In this document: piece by piece, positions 1 through 10,365 of the stretch
Layout: every line of letters begins with the position of its first letter
Numbering within the stretch: the stretch's first letter is position 1
Notes under the pieces: generated by a model
What the model was told of the DNA's origin: nothing
What the model saw: only the letters and a program-made list of their open reading frames with translations
The model's database searches: none
Source: Spirochaetia bacterium
Lineage (GTDB): Bacteria; Spirochaetota; Spirochaetia; UBA9216
Direction: 5' to 3'
Length of the DNA: 64,000 bases
Assembly (NCBI GenBank): GCA_963675665.1
Contig: OY776510.1
Location: forward strand, 3,488,001-3,552,000
Made by a program: the position numbers and the translations under genes

Positions 1-891
1 AAAGAAAAACAGAAAAATCCTGTTCTTGACTGGATTGAAGCTTTTCTTTGGGCTGCAGTTGTTGTACTTATCCTGAATCAGTATTTCTTTCAGGCTTATA
101 CCATACCGACGCCGTCGATGGTCAATACTCTTGAAATTAAAGACCGTCTTTTCGTAAACAAGATGATATACGGACCTGAACTTATTCCCGGCCGTTTTAA
201 AACAAATACGGGAAGAATTCCTCATCGTAATGAAATTATAATATTTGAGAGTCCGACATATCTTTCAAAGGGTCCTGTTTTTGATATCGCGCAAAGGCTT
301 ATTTACATGATTACGTTTTCCCTTGTCGATATTGATAAAGACAAGGACGGTATGCCCAAACCGCATTTTCTGATAAAAAGAGCAATGGCCCACGAAGGAG
401 ATCAGATAAGGCTTATAGACGGCGAGGTTGAAATAATGCCTGCCGGGTCTGCGGAATGGCTTAAAGAGTCTGATTTCAAAAAACTGGTCGATAAGGATTA
501 TATACTACGCCGTCTTCTTGATTCTGATGATTACCCTGCCATAAGAGCTTCAGCTTTTATGGATGCTGCGGATTATGCCGGAATAGAATCAAACAGTCTG
601 TGGCAGGATGCATACTCCACAATGAAAACGTCATATACCGACATGTACTCCTGGAGCGGTTACCGTTACCAGGCAATGTATGAAATAAATCCGCATCTCC
701 ATCAGTACGGAGCAGCCTGGAGAAAAACCGACAAGGGCTGGTATATTCCTGAAGGCTGGATTTTCCCTATGGGAGACAACCGCGACAACTCGCGCGACGG
801 CAGGTATTTCGGTCCCGTCAGTCTGGAAAAAGTTCTTGGAAAGGCTTCTTTTATTTACTGGCCGATAAACAGAATACGATTAATTAAATAA
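1..891 (+). CDS. lepB: Signal peptidase I (5' truncated by window)
   Basis: Frame open from base 1: TM segment, QAYTIPTPSM (catalytic Ser), LIKR (Lys), MGDNRDNSRDGRYFGPV box. Confidence 0.93.
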   Translation, partial: KEKQKNPVLDWIEAFLWAAVVVLILNQYFFQAYTIPTPSMVNTLEIKDRLFVNKMIYGPELIPGRFKTNTGRIPHRNEIIIFESPTYLSKGPVFDIAQRLIYMITFSLVDIDKDKDGMPKPHFLIKRAMAHEGDQIRLIDGEVEIMPAGSAEWLKESDFKKLVDKDYILRRLLDSDDYPAIRASAFMDAADYAGIESNSLWQDAYSTMKTSYTDMYSWSGYRYQAMYEINPHLHQYGAAWRKTDKGWYIPEGWIFPMGDNRDNSRDGRYFGPVSLEKVLGKASFIYWPINRIRLIK

Positions 892-904
892 GCGGGGCAC
901 ATCA

Positions 905-1661
905 TTGTCATACGTCAGCAGAAGAAACTGGAAGCGGAAATCTTCAGGATTCGGGTATTCCGATAAAGGCGGAATTCGCCTGAGAACAGTTATAATTTTT
1001 TTCTTTTTGCTTTTTCTTGTTTTTGAAATTATTTCTTCCATGTTTTTTACTTCCTACAAAGTGGATTCAATTTCAATGGAGCCTACAATTCCTTCTGGTT
1101 CCGTTGTTTTAACTTCACCTCTTATGTATGGTGCTGAAATACCTTTCACATCAATAAGGATTCCGGGGTTCCGTAAACCAGGCAGGGGAGATATCGTTGT
1201 TGCTTCTCCGGCTTTTCATCAACTTATGCCATGGTATCTTCGTGCTGCTGATTCCATAATAAGGTTTTTTTACCCTGCAGAAAAGAGGTATAGATCAGGA
1301 AAGAAACTGGGTAACCAGTAAAAGTATAAAGAGAATTGTCGGCTTGCCCGGCGATACTGTGCGAATGACGGATTTTGAAATACAGATTAAACCGGAAGGA
1401 AAGAATTATTTTTTCTCTGAAAAAGAAATAATGCAGGTAGAGTATTCTATTGAACGGTACAGCACGCCAGGTAATCTTCCTGATGATTTTCCGCTTTCAG
1501 GAAATATGAATGAAATCAGACTGGGCCCGGACGATTATTTTATGATGGGGGATAACCGTTCAAGATCAAATGATTCATATTACTGGGGGCCGGTAGGCAG
1601 TAATAATATTACTGCAAAAGTTCTTCTTGAATACGCTCCGGAAATAAAAATGCTGCAATGA
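905..1661 (+). pseudogene. lepB: Second signal peptidase I, split by a +1 frameshift in a T7 run (1265-1271); possibly a sequencing error
   Basis: SISMEPT in ORF 905..1321; IKRIVGLPGD and MGDNRSRSNDSYYWGPV in the next frame; removing one T restores a single ORF. Confidence 0.8.
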
Positions 1662-2803
1662 CAGTATCCCTTTATATCCATATACCTTTCTGTTATGCAA
1701 AATGCGAATATTGTGATTTTTATTCCGTACCTTTAAACACAATTCATGATACTAAAATTATTGAAAATATTTTAAAGACTATAACTGAAGAACTGAAATA
1801 TAAACTTGATATGATTCCCGACCCGCTGATAGAAACAATTTTCATAGGCGGCGGTACTCCGTCAGTTATTAATGCAACTTTACTGCAAAAATTTCTTAAT
1901 GAAATTAATGAAATAACAGACGGTATTTGCTCGTCCGATATTGAATACACAACAGAAGCAAATATTGAAAGCTGCAGCAAAGATTTTATAAAGATAATAT
2001 CTGATGCCGGAATTAACAGATTAAGCACAGGAGTTCAGAGTTTTGACACTAAAACACTGAATGAGCTGGGGCGGGCGTGTTATCCGGAAAATATATATGA
2101 AGCCGCAGAAGCTGTAAAAAAATCCTGGGGTAACAATCTGTCATTCGATTTAATATCAGGAATAAACATGAATTACAAAGACGATATCGGTAAAGCCGTT
2201 CAGCTTGCTCCTGATCATTTATCGGTTTACCAGCTCACTACGGAAGAGAATACTGAATTCCATCAGAAGATTTTAAACGGTGAGAAAAAGGAACCTGATG
2301 AAAAAACACAGATTGATTCATTAAACTATGCAAATGAATATTTAAAACTTGCAGGATATAAAAGATATGAGATATCAAATTTTGCAAGGCCGGGATATGA
2401 GTGCAAACATAACCTGAGGTACTGGAATATGCAGTCTTATATAGGCGCAGGGCCATCCGCCGTTTCATCTTTATATTTTCAGGACAGGAAGGTGCGTTAT
2501 ACAAATATAAATAATATTGATAAATACCTTGCTTCCCGTGATTATAAAACCGAAATATTGACTGAAACCGATTTTTTGATTGAGCACTTTATAATGGGAT
2601 GCAGGCTGACAGACGGAATAGACCCGAATATTTTCAGTGAAAGATTCGGGATACTGCCTGAAACGATAATACCGCAAACAACAAACCGCTGGATAGAACG
2701 TGGATTAATGGAAGGTGATGGTTTAAGGCTGAATGAAAACGGTTTATTGTTTCTGGATGCATTTCTTTCCGATGTTTATCACGAACTTGCTGTAAAAAAC
2801 TGA
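1658..2803 (+). CDS. hemW: Radical SAM heme chaperone HemW (HemN-like)
   Basis: LYIHIPFCYAKCEYCDF, GGGTPS, YEISNFA, HNLRYW motifs. Confidence 0.9.
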   Translation: MTVSLYIHIPFCYAKCEYCDFYSVPLNTIHDTKIIENILKTITEELKYKLDMIPDPLIETIFIGGGTPSVINATLLQKFLNEINEITDGICSSDIEYTTEANIESCSKDFIKIISDAGINRLSTGVQSFDTKTLNELGRACYPENIYEAAEAVKKSWGNNLSFDLISGINMNYKDDIGKAVQLAPDHLSVYQLTTEENTEFHQKILNGEKKEPDEKTQIDSLNYANEYLKLAGYKRYEISNFARPGYECKHNLRYWNMQSYIGAGPSAVSSLYFQDRKVRYTNINNIDKYLASRDYKTEILTETDFLIEHFIMGCRLTDGIDPNIFSERFGILPETIIPQTTNRWIERGLMEGDGLRLNENGLLFLDAFLSDVYHELAVKN

Positions 2804-3031
2804 AAAAAATAAATAAAATATATTTTTATCTACTAAACATACTTACTTGCATCTTAATATTAAGCACGATTTTTTCTGATGTTTTACTAAAATACAGCAT
2901 CATCAATTTACATATTCATCAGTATTGATTGAATTTCAGCCTTTCGAATCGGATATTTGTCGGGGTTGGCACCATTCCTTCAAAAAGTTATAACCTATAT
3001 ATCTTATTTCAAAGAACCAACAGGAGAAACA

Positions 3032-4321
3032 ATGTACTCTGCATTAGAAAAATATGATCCGCAAATGTTTGAGCTTATCAAACAGGAAGAAGCCAGGCAA
3101 AGCGGTGTGTTGAGACTTATTCCTTCGGAGAATTACGTCTCTCAGGCTGTCCGTATGGCAACAGGTAGTTGTCTTACAAATAAATATTCAGAAGGATATC
3201 CTGGAAAAAGATATTATGAAGGCCAGCAGGTAACCGATCTTATAGAGAATCTTGCCAGGCATCGGGCTAAAAAAATCTTTAAGGCGGACCATGCCAATGT
3301 TCAGCCTTATTCGGGTTCGGTGGCCAATCTTGGGGCATATAACGCTTTGATAAAACCCGGACAAAAAATAATGGGTTTGACCCTTGGTTCCGGAGGGCAT
3401 TTGACTCACGGTTCAAAGGTCAGTATTACCAGCAAGTTTTTTGAAGCAGTAAACTATTCGGTTAATGAGAACGGCTATCTTGATTATGATGAAATCCGGG
3501 ATATGGCAAAGAGAGAAAAACCGGATATCATTGTATCAGGTACAACCGCATATCCGCGTGCAATAGATTTTGAAATTTTCGGCGACATTGCCAGAGAAGT
3601 AGGAGCATATCATGTCAGCGATATAGCTCACCTTTCAGGTCTTGTAGTTGCCGGGCTGCATAAGTCGCCGGTACCTTACGCTGATATTGTTTCAACTACA
3701 ACGCACAAGACACTCAGGGGACCGCGAGGCGGTATGCTTTTATGCAAAAATGAACATGCGGCTAAGCTCGACAAAGCAATTATGCCCGGACAGCAGGGCG
3801 GACCGCACATGCACACCATCGCTGCAATAGCCGTAGCGCTTGCAGAAGCTGATACCCAGGAATTTCTTGCTTACGCAGAACAGATCCTGAAGAATTCAAA
3901 AAGGCTTGCAGCAAAACTTATGGAAAAAGGGTTTACTCTTGTTACAGGCGGTACAGATAATCATATAATCCTTATTGATCTCAGAAACAAGAATATTCCC
4001 GGGCGTGATTTTGCCAAAGCGCTTGACCGGGCAAGAATTGTCGGTAATTTCAACACTGTACCACATGATCCTGCGCCACCGACAAAACCGAACGGTCTGA
4101 GAATAGGAACTCCGGCAGTAACCACCCGGGGTATGAGAGAATCGGAAATGGATATAATCGCCGATCTTATAAATTCGGTTGCTGAAAACATGGGTAATGA
4201 AGACAAGATATCTGAAATTTCCAAAGAAGTAATGGCTCTTACGTCAAGGTTTCCGGTACCGGAACATTTTATAATCCCGAAAAAAAAGGAAACTCCGCCG
4301 TTCGGCTGCGACGAAGACTAG
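3032..4321 (+). CDS. glyA: Serine hydroxymethyltransferase
   Basis: LIPSENY, NKYSEGYPGKRYY, GGHLTHG, TTTHKTLRGPRGG; ATG 3032 follows an AGGAG RBS. Confidence 0.97.
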   Translation: MYSALEKYDPQMFELIKQEEARQSGVLRLIPSENYVSQAVRMATGSCLTNKYSEGYPGKRYYEGQQVTDLIENLARHRAKKIFKADHANVQPYSGSVANLGAYNALIKPGQKIMGLTLGSGGHLTHGSKVSITSKFFEAVNYSVNENGYLDYDEIRDMAKREKPDIIVSGTTAYPRAIDFEIFGDIAREVGAYHVSDIAHLSGLVVAGLHKSPVPYADIVSTTTHKTLRGPRGGMLLCKNEHAAKLDKAIMPGQQGGPHMHTIAAIAVALAEADTQEFLAYAEQILKNSKRLAAKLMEKGFTLVTGGTDNHIILIDLRNKNIPGRDFAKALDRARIVGNFNTVPHDPAPPTKPNGLRIGTPAVTTRGMRESEMDIIADLINSVAENMGNEDKISEISKEVMALTSRFPVPEHFIIPKKKETPPFGCDED

Positions 4322-4329
4322 TTATTCAG

Positions 4330-4365
4330 AATTTCTGTTAACCTTTTACAGGGTTAACAGAAATT
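4330..4365. terminator. Bidirectional intrinsic terminator
   Basis: AATTTCTGTTAACC...GGTTAACAGAAATT inverted repeat between convergent glyA and cobB. Confidence 0.75.
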
Positions 4366-5089
4366 AATTTTTTCCATTTAAAAGATTGCAAAAAATTTCA
4401 AGATCGGAAAATAATTTCCAGGCGTACGAATCAAGAGGTGTAGGCATATTATTTACTATAACAATCTTGCCGCCGGACCGGACAGTTTCAAGAGGAATTG
4501 AAGCTGCAGGCTGAACTACAAGGGACGAACCCAGAACAAGCATTAAATCTGAGGAAGATGCAATCATAAAAGCTTTCTCTATGGCGTCGGCCGGCAGGGC
4601 TTCGCCGAAAAAAGTAATATCAGGTTTAATTATACCCCCGCATAATTCACAAAAAGGAGTTTTATCCTGCTGTACGATTTTTGATACTTGTTCAAAAGTC
4701 ATACTATGGCCACAGGAAAGGCAATGATGAACACGGGGTGAGCCGTGAACTTCAATAATGTTTTTTAAACCGGATTTATGATGCAGAAGATCAATATTCT
4801 GAGTAATTACCGCTTTTAAAATTCCTTCGGCTTCCAGTGAGGACAGCATAAAATGGACAATTCCGGGTTCTTTACTCTCAATATCATAAATAAAATTTTT
4901 TGATTTCCTGTAATAGAAAGACGGATCACGTAAAAAAAAATTCAGGTCGAATATTTTATCTGCATCGGGATCATTATAAAGACCGTTTTGTCCGCGAAAA
5001 TCCCTGATTCCGGAAAAGGTTGAGATACCGGCACCTGTGAATGCGGTAACATAATCTGATTTTTTAATTAGCTCTTTTAATTCAATCAT
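4364..5089 (-). CDS. cobB: NAD-dependent protein deacylase (sirtuin)
   Basis: GAGISTFSGIRDFRG, ITQNIDLLH, HGS, two CxxC, KPDITFFGE, GSSLVVQPAA. Confidence 0.93.
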   Translation of the reverse strand: MIELKELIKKSDYVTAFTGAGISTFSGIRDFRGQNGLYNDPDADKIFDLNFFLRDPSFYYRKSKNFIYDIESKEPGIVHFMLSSLEAEGILKAVITQNIDLLHHKSGLKNIIEVHGSPRVHHCLSCGHSMTFEQVSKIVQQDKTPFCELCGGIIKPDITFFGEALPADAIEKAFMIASSSDLMLVLGSSLVVQPAASIPLETVRSGGKIVIVNNMPTPLDSYAWKLFSDLEIFCNLLNGKN

Positions 5090-5630
5090 TTATTATCATA
5101 TCGTCTTTTAATTCAACAGTTTCATATGGAGTTGCAAGAAAAGCAGGATCAACAACCTCCTCTGATTTTGTCATCATAAATGCGATTTTCTGGAGCATGG
5201 CCAGCGTCATATGCTGTTCCCACTCATCGAGTCTTTCAAAATTCGTAATAAACCCCTGATCAAGAAGAGAAGGTTTCTGAGCAAGAATATTATGAGCTTT
5301 TTGCGTTGCACGTACCATAACTTTTCGTTTATCGCTGTCGGTTCTGCTTCTTTCAAGTATACCGCGCTGTTCCAGACGTTCTACTATATTTGTAACAGTC
5401 GCCTGGCTGAGACTGACTTCCTTTGCAAGTGTACCCAGCGCAATTTTCTCATTATTTGCTATTACTTTGATAAGAATAAGCTGAGGACCTGTTAATCCGT
5501 ATTTCTTGACAAGTTTTTTTGAATGAAGATCAGTACACCTTATAATTTGTCGTAAAGAAATCAGCATGTCATAATAGACAGTATCAGTATTTAACAAAGC
5601 AGTTTTCCTTAAATGAAAAAGAATATTCAA
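5082..5630 (-). CDS. MarR-family regulator (EctR/CosR-like)
   Basis: GLTGPQL..., SLSQATVTNIVERLE, DKRKV winged helix; divergent from the osmoprotectant ABC operon. Start uncertain. Confidence 0.85.
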   Translation of the reverse strand: MNILFHLRKTALLNTDTVYYDMLISLRQIIRCTDLHSKKLVKKYGLTGPQLILIKVIANNEKIALGTLAKEVSLSQATVTNIVERLEQRGILERSRTDSDKRKVMVRATQKAHNILAQKPSLLDQGFITNFERLDEWEQHMTLAMLQKIAFMMTKSEEVVDPAFLATPYETVELKDDMIIND

Positions 5631-5672
5631 ATAATATAGCAGTTTAAAGTTTTTAACAAGAAAAACCTTTTA

Positions 5673-5710
5673 TATTAGAATACAAATTATAAATATTTAG
5701 TATTCTAATA
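5673..5710. promoter_or_regulatory. Candidate MarR operator
   Basis: TATTAGAATAC (5673) and GTATTCTAATA (5700) form an inverted repeat in the divergent promoter region. Confidence 0.45.
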
Positions 5711-5871
5711 ATAAATAATAAATATTTTTTAAATTAAATTATATATATGCCTATACAGTAAGTAATTAAGCACTTATATGAAGAGTATGGGGATAAATAA
5801 CCGAATATACTGTTGTTTATTATTTAGAATTATAATAATATATTTATATAACACATAACAGGGGGCAAGTT

Positions 5872-6558
5872 ATTTCTCTTTTTGAATATCTTGGATACTA
5901 CGGAAATACAATTTTAGAACAATTTATAAGACATCTTCTTATAATTCTTTTAAGTATCCCTTTTTCTTTAATTGTAAGCGTACCTATAGGTTTTGTAATT
6001 TCAAACAAACCTAAGATGGCAAAAATTGTTTTATATATCGCAAGCATTTTGATGACTATACCGTCGCTTGCATTATTCGGAATAATGGTGGTTGTTCTTG
6101 CGCCTGTACATTTGGGTATAGGTATTACGCCGGCAATACTGGCTATAATGATTTATTCGCTTCTTCCAATAATACGTAATACATATACAGCTCTTAACCA
6201 GGTAAATCCCAGGATGATTGAAGCGGCAAAGGGTATCGGAATGACACAGTTACAGATACTTTTTAAAATCAAAATTCCTTTGTCAATTCCTGTAATTATG
6301 GCCGGCGTAAGAAACGCAATTGTTCTTGGCATAAGTGTAGCAACATTCGCGTCTCTGGTCGGTGCCGGCGGTCTGGGCTATTTTATTTTCTCGGGTATCA
6401 GCCGTACCAATTTTTATATGATTATTACCGGCACAATTTTGGTTTCAGCATTGGGAATCGGAATGAATTATCTGCTTATGAAATTGGAAGAATGGGTGAC
6501 GCCACGGGGACTAAAAATCTATACACAGAAAGCGGGAGCAAAAATTGATAGAACTTAA
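5872..6558 (+). CDS. Osmoprotectant ABC transporter permease (probable ATT start)
   Basis: TIPSLALFG, EAAKGIGM loop, GAGGLG; frame extends 48 codons upstream of ATG 6016 and resembles the N-terminus of paralog 7645..8292. Confidence 0.8.
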   Translation: MSLFEYLGYYGNTILEQFIRHLLIILLSIPFSLIVSVPIGFVISNKPKMAKIVLYIASILMTIPSLALFGIMVVVLAPVHLGIGITPAILAIMIYSLLPIIRNTYTALNQVNPRMIEAAKGIGMTQLQILFKIKIPLSIPVIMAGVRNAIVLGISVATFASLVGAGGLGYFIFSGISRTNFYMIITGTILVSALGIGMNYLLMKLEEWVTPRGLKIYTQKAGAKIDRT

Positions 6559-7639
6559 GAATATAACAAAAAAATTCGGTAAAAAGATTGCTGTTGATAA
6601 TGTAAGCATGACTATGGAAAAAAATAAAATTACCATGCTTATCGGACCTTCAGGATGCGGAAAAACTACTACGCTTAAAATGGTTAATCGTCTTATAGAT
6701 GCAACTGAAGGAGATATAAAGATTAATGGAGAGTCTATATACAATCTTGACGCAGTTCAATTACGAAGAAGTATGGGGTATGTAATTCAGGAAACCGGGC
6801 TTTTTCCTCATATGAATGTTTTTGACAATATAGCAGTTGTTCCGAGGTTGCTTGAATGGAATGTGAAAAAAATTAAAACCAGAATTGAAGAATTGCTTGA
6901 TCTTGTTACACTCAATTCAACATACATGTATAAATACCCTCTGCAATTATCCGGCGGAGAGCGTCAGCGGGTCGGCCTTGCAAGGGCGCTTGCTGCGGAC
7001 CCTGAAATACTTCTTATGGATGAACCGTTTGGAGCTATTGATCCCATAAACAGATCGAAACTTCATGACTCCTTTATTTCGATACAGGAGAAAATTAAAA
7101 AAACAATAGTATTTGTAACACATGATATTAACGAAGCTATAAAACTCGGCGACAGGATTGCAATTCTGAATAACGGCCATATTGTTCAGCATGATAATGT
7201 AAATAATATTCTATACGAACCGGAAAATGAATTTGTTGAGAAGCTTTTAGGTCACGACAGAAATATAAAGGCGCTTGTTCTGAAAAAGAACAGAGATTAC
7301 ATTCAGCGTGATGGATTACTTACAGTTAAACGCGGAGAAAATCCTGAAGATATTCTGGCTTTAATTTTAAAAGCCGGCAAAAAAACTGCTCTCGCAATTG
7401 ACAGCAACGGAAAATTTGAAGGTGAGTTTATCATCAAAAAGAATAAACAGACAAAAGAACCTCATCTTGATTTCAACGATGAGGTCGTGGCCCTTGAAAA
7501 GAACGGAAACCTTCAGGAAACATTCTCCTTGATGATTGAAACGGGCGAGAGCGTAATGCCGGTTGTCAGTGAAAAAAATAAATTTGAAGGTATTATTGAT
7601 CTGAACGATATCTTTTCCGAGCTCGGAAGCGGGGCTTAA
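6545..7639 (+). CDS. Osmoprotectant ABC transporter ATPase (ProV/OpuBA-like)
   Basis: GPSGCGKTT, LSGGERQRVG, LLMDEPFGA, CBS-like tail. Confidence 0.92.
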   Translation: MIELKNITKKFGKKIAVDNVSMTMEKNKITMLIGPSGCGKTTTLKMVNRLIDATEGDIKINGESIYNLDAVQLRRSMGYVIQETGLFPHMNVFDNIAVVPRLLEWNVKKIKTRIEELLDLVTLNSTYMYKYPLQLSGGERQRVGLARALAADPEILLMDEPFGAIDPINRSKLHDSFISIQEKIKKTIVFVTHDINEAIKLGDRIAILNNGHIVQHDNVNNILYEPENEFVEKLLGHDRNIKALVLKKNRDYIQRDGLLTVKRGENPEDILALILKAGKKTALAIDSNGKFEGEFIIKKNKQTKEPHLDFNDEVVALEKNGNLQETFSLMIETGESVMPVVSEKNKFEGIIDLNDIFSELGSGA

Positions 7640-7644
7640 CAGAT

Positions 7645-8292
7645 ATGTTTTTTGAATATTTTATTGAAAATCAGGAATCAATTTATCGAATGATACTGCA
7701 GCATCTGTTCCTTTTTATTGTTTCAACGCTGTTTGCTGTAGTTATAGGAATCTTTGTTTCAATAATTGCGACAAGGGAAGGTCATGAAAAAATCGGAAAT
7801 ATTCTGCTGACGATATCAGGAATGGCGCAGGCTGTTCCGTCGATTGCCGTTGTCGCACTTGTCTTTCTGTTTGTCGGAATAGGTATGAAGCCGGCAATTA
7901 TTGCCCTTGTTATTTACAGTATTGTCCCGATTATTTTCAACACATCATCAGGACTGCTCAGTGTAAACGCAAAGACAATTGAAGCCGCCAGGGGCATAGG
8001 ATATACCGACAACCAGATACTCTGGAAAATAAAAATGCCTATTGCCTCTCCGGTAATCATTGCGGGCATACGATCTGCCGCTACGATAAATATCGGAACA
8101 GCTACTATTGCATCGGTTATCGGCGGTGGCGGTCTTGGAGATCTTATTTTTATAGGTATCAAGCTGCAAAAATCACACATCACAATTACGGGCGCACTGC
8201 TTACGGCCATTATAGCCGTAATAGCAGACATAATTATTCAGCATGCAGGCAACCGGGTTATCCCCCGGGGGCTTACTATAAAATCAAAATAA
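7645..8292 (+). CDS. Osmoprotectant ABC transporter permease
   Basis: QAVPSIA, EAARGIG, IGGGGLGDLI. Confidence 0.92.
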   Translation: MFFEYFIENQESIYRMILQHLFLFIVSTLFAVVIGIFVSIIATREGHEKIGNILLTISGMAQAVPSIAVVALVFLFVGIGMKPAIIALVIYSIVPIIFNTSSGLLSVNAKTIEAARGIGYTDNQILWKIKMPIASPVIIAGIRSAATINIGTATIASVIGGGGLGDLIFIGIKLQKSHITITGALLTAIIAVIADIIIQHAGNRVIPRGLTIKSK

Positions 8293-8305
8293 ACAGGAGT
8301 ATAGA

Positions 8306-9202
8306 ATGAAAAAATTACTAATTGTTGTCACTGTTTTTTGTCTTTTATCCGGCTATGCATTTGCCGCAGGAAGCCAGGAAACAAAATCTGTCACTGTTGG
8401 AGCCAAAAACTTCACAGAGCAATATATATCGGGAAACCTGATAGCTCTACTTCTTGAAGATAACGGATTCAATGTTGAAAAACAGTTCGGTACAGGAAGC
8501 GCTATTACCAGAGAAGGCCTTGAAACAGGACAGACCGACCTGTATCCGGAATATACCGGAACAGCATGGCAGGTATATCTGAAACATGAAAATGTAATCA
8601 ATGATCCTGTTGAACTCTACAACAGCGTTAAATCAGAAGATGAAGGAAACGGTATAATCTGGCTTGACAGATGGCCGTTAAACGACACGTATGCACTCGG
8701 CATTAAAAAGGACTCTGTATCAAAATTTGGAACATCGATCAGTTCTCTCGGTAAATATATAAATGCAAATCCAAACGAAGTAATTGTAGGTGTTGATTCT
8801 GAATTTTATGAAAGACCGGACGGTTTTTTCGGTATGGCAAAAACATATGGTTTTGAACTTGATAAAAAAAATATAAAGACCATGGATGTAGGGCTCAGCT
8901 ACGAAGCTCTTAACAGGGACCAGGTTAATGTCGCTATGGTTTTTTCCACAGACGGACTTTTGAAAAAATATGATCTGCAGGTTCTTGAAGACGATAAACA
9001 GTTTTTTCCTGTTTATAATATTGCGGTTACCATCAGAGAAGAAATCCTTAAAATGTACCCTGAAATAGAAGGAATTTTAAAACCTCTTGCTGACTTGGAT
9101 GACCTTACAATGCAGAACCTTAACTACAAAGTTGATGCTGAAGGACTTCCTGCAGAAGTTGTTGCCAGACAGTACCTTGAGGAAAAAGGCTTAATCAAAT
9201 AA
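8306..9202 (+). CDS. Glycine betaine/choline-type ABC substrate-binding protein
   Basis: Signal peptide, VGAKNFTEQ, YPEYTGT, LEDDKQFFPVY. Confidence 0.92.
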   Translation: MKKLLIVVTVFCLLSGYAFAAGSQETKSVTVGAKNFTEQYISGNLIALLLEDNGFNVEKQFGTGSAITREGLETGQTDLYPEYTGTAWQVYLKHENVINDPVELYNSVKSEDEGNGIIWLDRWPLNDTYALGIKKDSVSKFGTSISSLGKYINANPNEVIVGVDSEFYERPDGFFGMAKTYGFELDKKNIKTMDVGLSYEALNRDQVNVAMVFSTDGLLKKYDLQVLEDDKQFFPVYNIAVTIREEILKMYPEIEGILKPLADLDDLTMQNLNYKVDAEGLPAEVVARQYLEEKGLIK

Positions 9203-9224
9203 AACAAGTTTTTAATTTAAAGAT

Positions 9225-9261
9225 AAAGCAGAAACAGTCATCGTTACTGTTTCTGCTTTTT
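9225..9261 (+). terminator. Intrinsic terminator
   Basis: AAAGCAGAAACAGT-loop-ACTGTTTCTGCTTTTT after the ABC operon. Confidence 0.75.
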
Positions 9262-9301
9262 ATATCTTAAAATACAAGCATAGGAGAAATAATCATTTTT
9301 T

Positions 9302-9448
9302 ATGAAAGAGAATAACGACAGGATAATTTTCAAATGCCCCGAATGCGGCCGAAAGCTGGGCGTAGGAAAAGACAAGAAAGGTATTACTGCAAGATGTCCT
9401 GGCTGCGGAAAACGTATTACAATACCCAAACAGACTAAAACAAAATGA
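9302..9448 (+). CDS. Small zinc-ribbon protein (48 aa, not in ORF track)
   Basis: MKENNDRIIFKCPECGRKLGVGKDKKGITARCPGCGKRITIPKQTKTK; two CPxCG motifs; AGGAG upstream. Confidence 0.75.
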   Translation: MKENNDRIIFKCPECGRKLGVGKDKKGITARCPGCGKRITIPKQTKTK

Positions 9449-9608
9449 AATAATTGTCATTTTTTGAATTGATTAATAAAAATGACCGATTAGGATCATC
9501 CAACTCCTTAATTGATATGATTTTACTATTCCCCTTGACAGCTGATTTTTCGTTGTGATAACTTGTTGAAGCTGTTATAATTAACTAATTTTAAATCAAG
9601 GAGATTAT

Positions 9609-10355
9609 ATGTCAGGCCACAGTAAATGGCATACGATAAAGCACAAAAAAGGCGCAGCCGATGCTAAAAGAGGAAAAATATTTACAAAAATAATTAAAGA
9701 AATCACGGTAGCCGCAAGAATGGGCGGAGGAGATATTGAAGCCAATCCCCGTCTCAGAACCGTAGTTCTCAAAGCCCGTGATGCAAATATGCCGAAAGAC
9801 AACATTGAAAGAGCTATAAAAAAAGGTACCGGCGATCTCGAAGGCGTGAATTACACCGAAGGCATGTATGAAGGCTATGGTGCAGGTGGAGTGGCAATTC
9901 TTGTAGAAACTCTTACCGACAACAAAAACCGTACAGCTGCCGACGTAAGAAGTATTTTTTCAAAAGCCGGCGGAAACCTTGGCGAACTCGGCTGTGTTTC
10001 GTATATGTTCAACAGAAAAGGTGTTATAGCTTTCAGTACCGAAACCTGTTCCGAAGATGAAATCTTCAACGCTGCTCTTGAAGCGGGCGCTGAAGATGTT
10101 GTAACGGAAGACGGTATAATTGAAGTTTATACCGCTCCGGATGATTTCGAAGCGGTTCGTGATGCGCTTGAAGAAGCCGGATACAAACGTGAAATGGCAG
10201 AAGTTTCAATGATTGCAGATCAGAAAATTATGCTTGATGACGAAAAAACAAGGAAAGTTTTAAGGTTGATTGACAATCTTGAAGATAACGACGATGTTCA
10301 GAATGTTTATTCCAACATGGATCTTCCAGACGGTTTTGATCCTGACGCAGAATAA
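9609..10355 (+). CDS. yebC: YebC/PmpR family protein
   Basis: [34 protein letters not shown]. Confidence 0.96.
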   Translation: MSGHSKWHTIKHKKGAADAKRGKIFTKIIKEITVAARMGGGDIEANPRLRTVVLKARDANMPKDNIERAIKKGTGDLEGVNYTEGMYEGYGAGGVAILVETLTDNKNRTAADVRSIFSKAGGNLGELGCVSYMFNRKGVIAFSTETCSEDEIFNAALEAGAEDVVTEDGIIEVYTAPDDFEAVRDALEEAGYKREMAEVSMIADQKIMLDDEKTRKVLRLIDNLEDNDDVQNVYSNMDLPDGFDPDAE

Positions 10356-10365
10356 CTAATTTTTA

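Noticed and set aside
2804-3031. Riboswitch (ZTP, glycine or THF) upstream of glyA
   Set aside because: No recognisable consensus; the region is AT-rich with no convincing structure.
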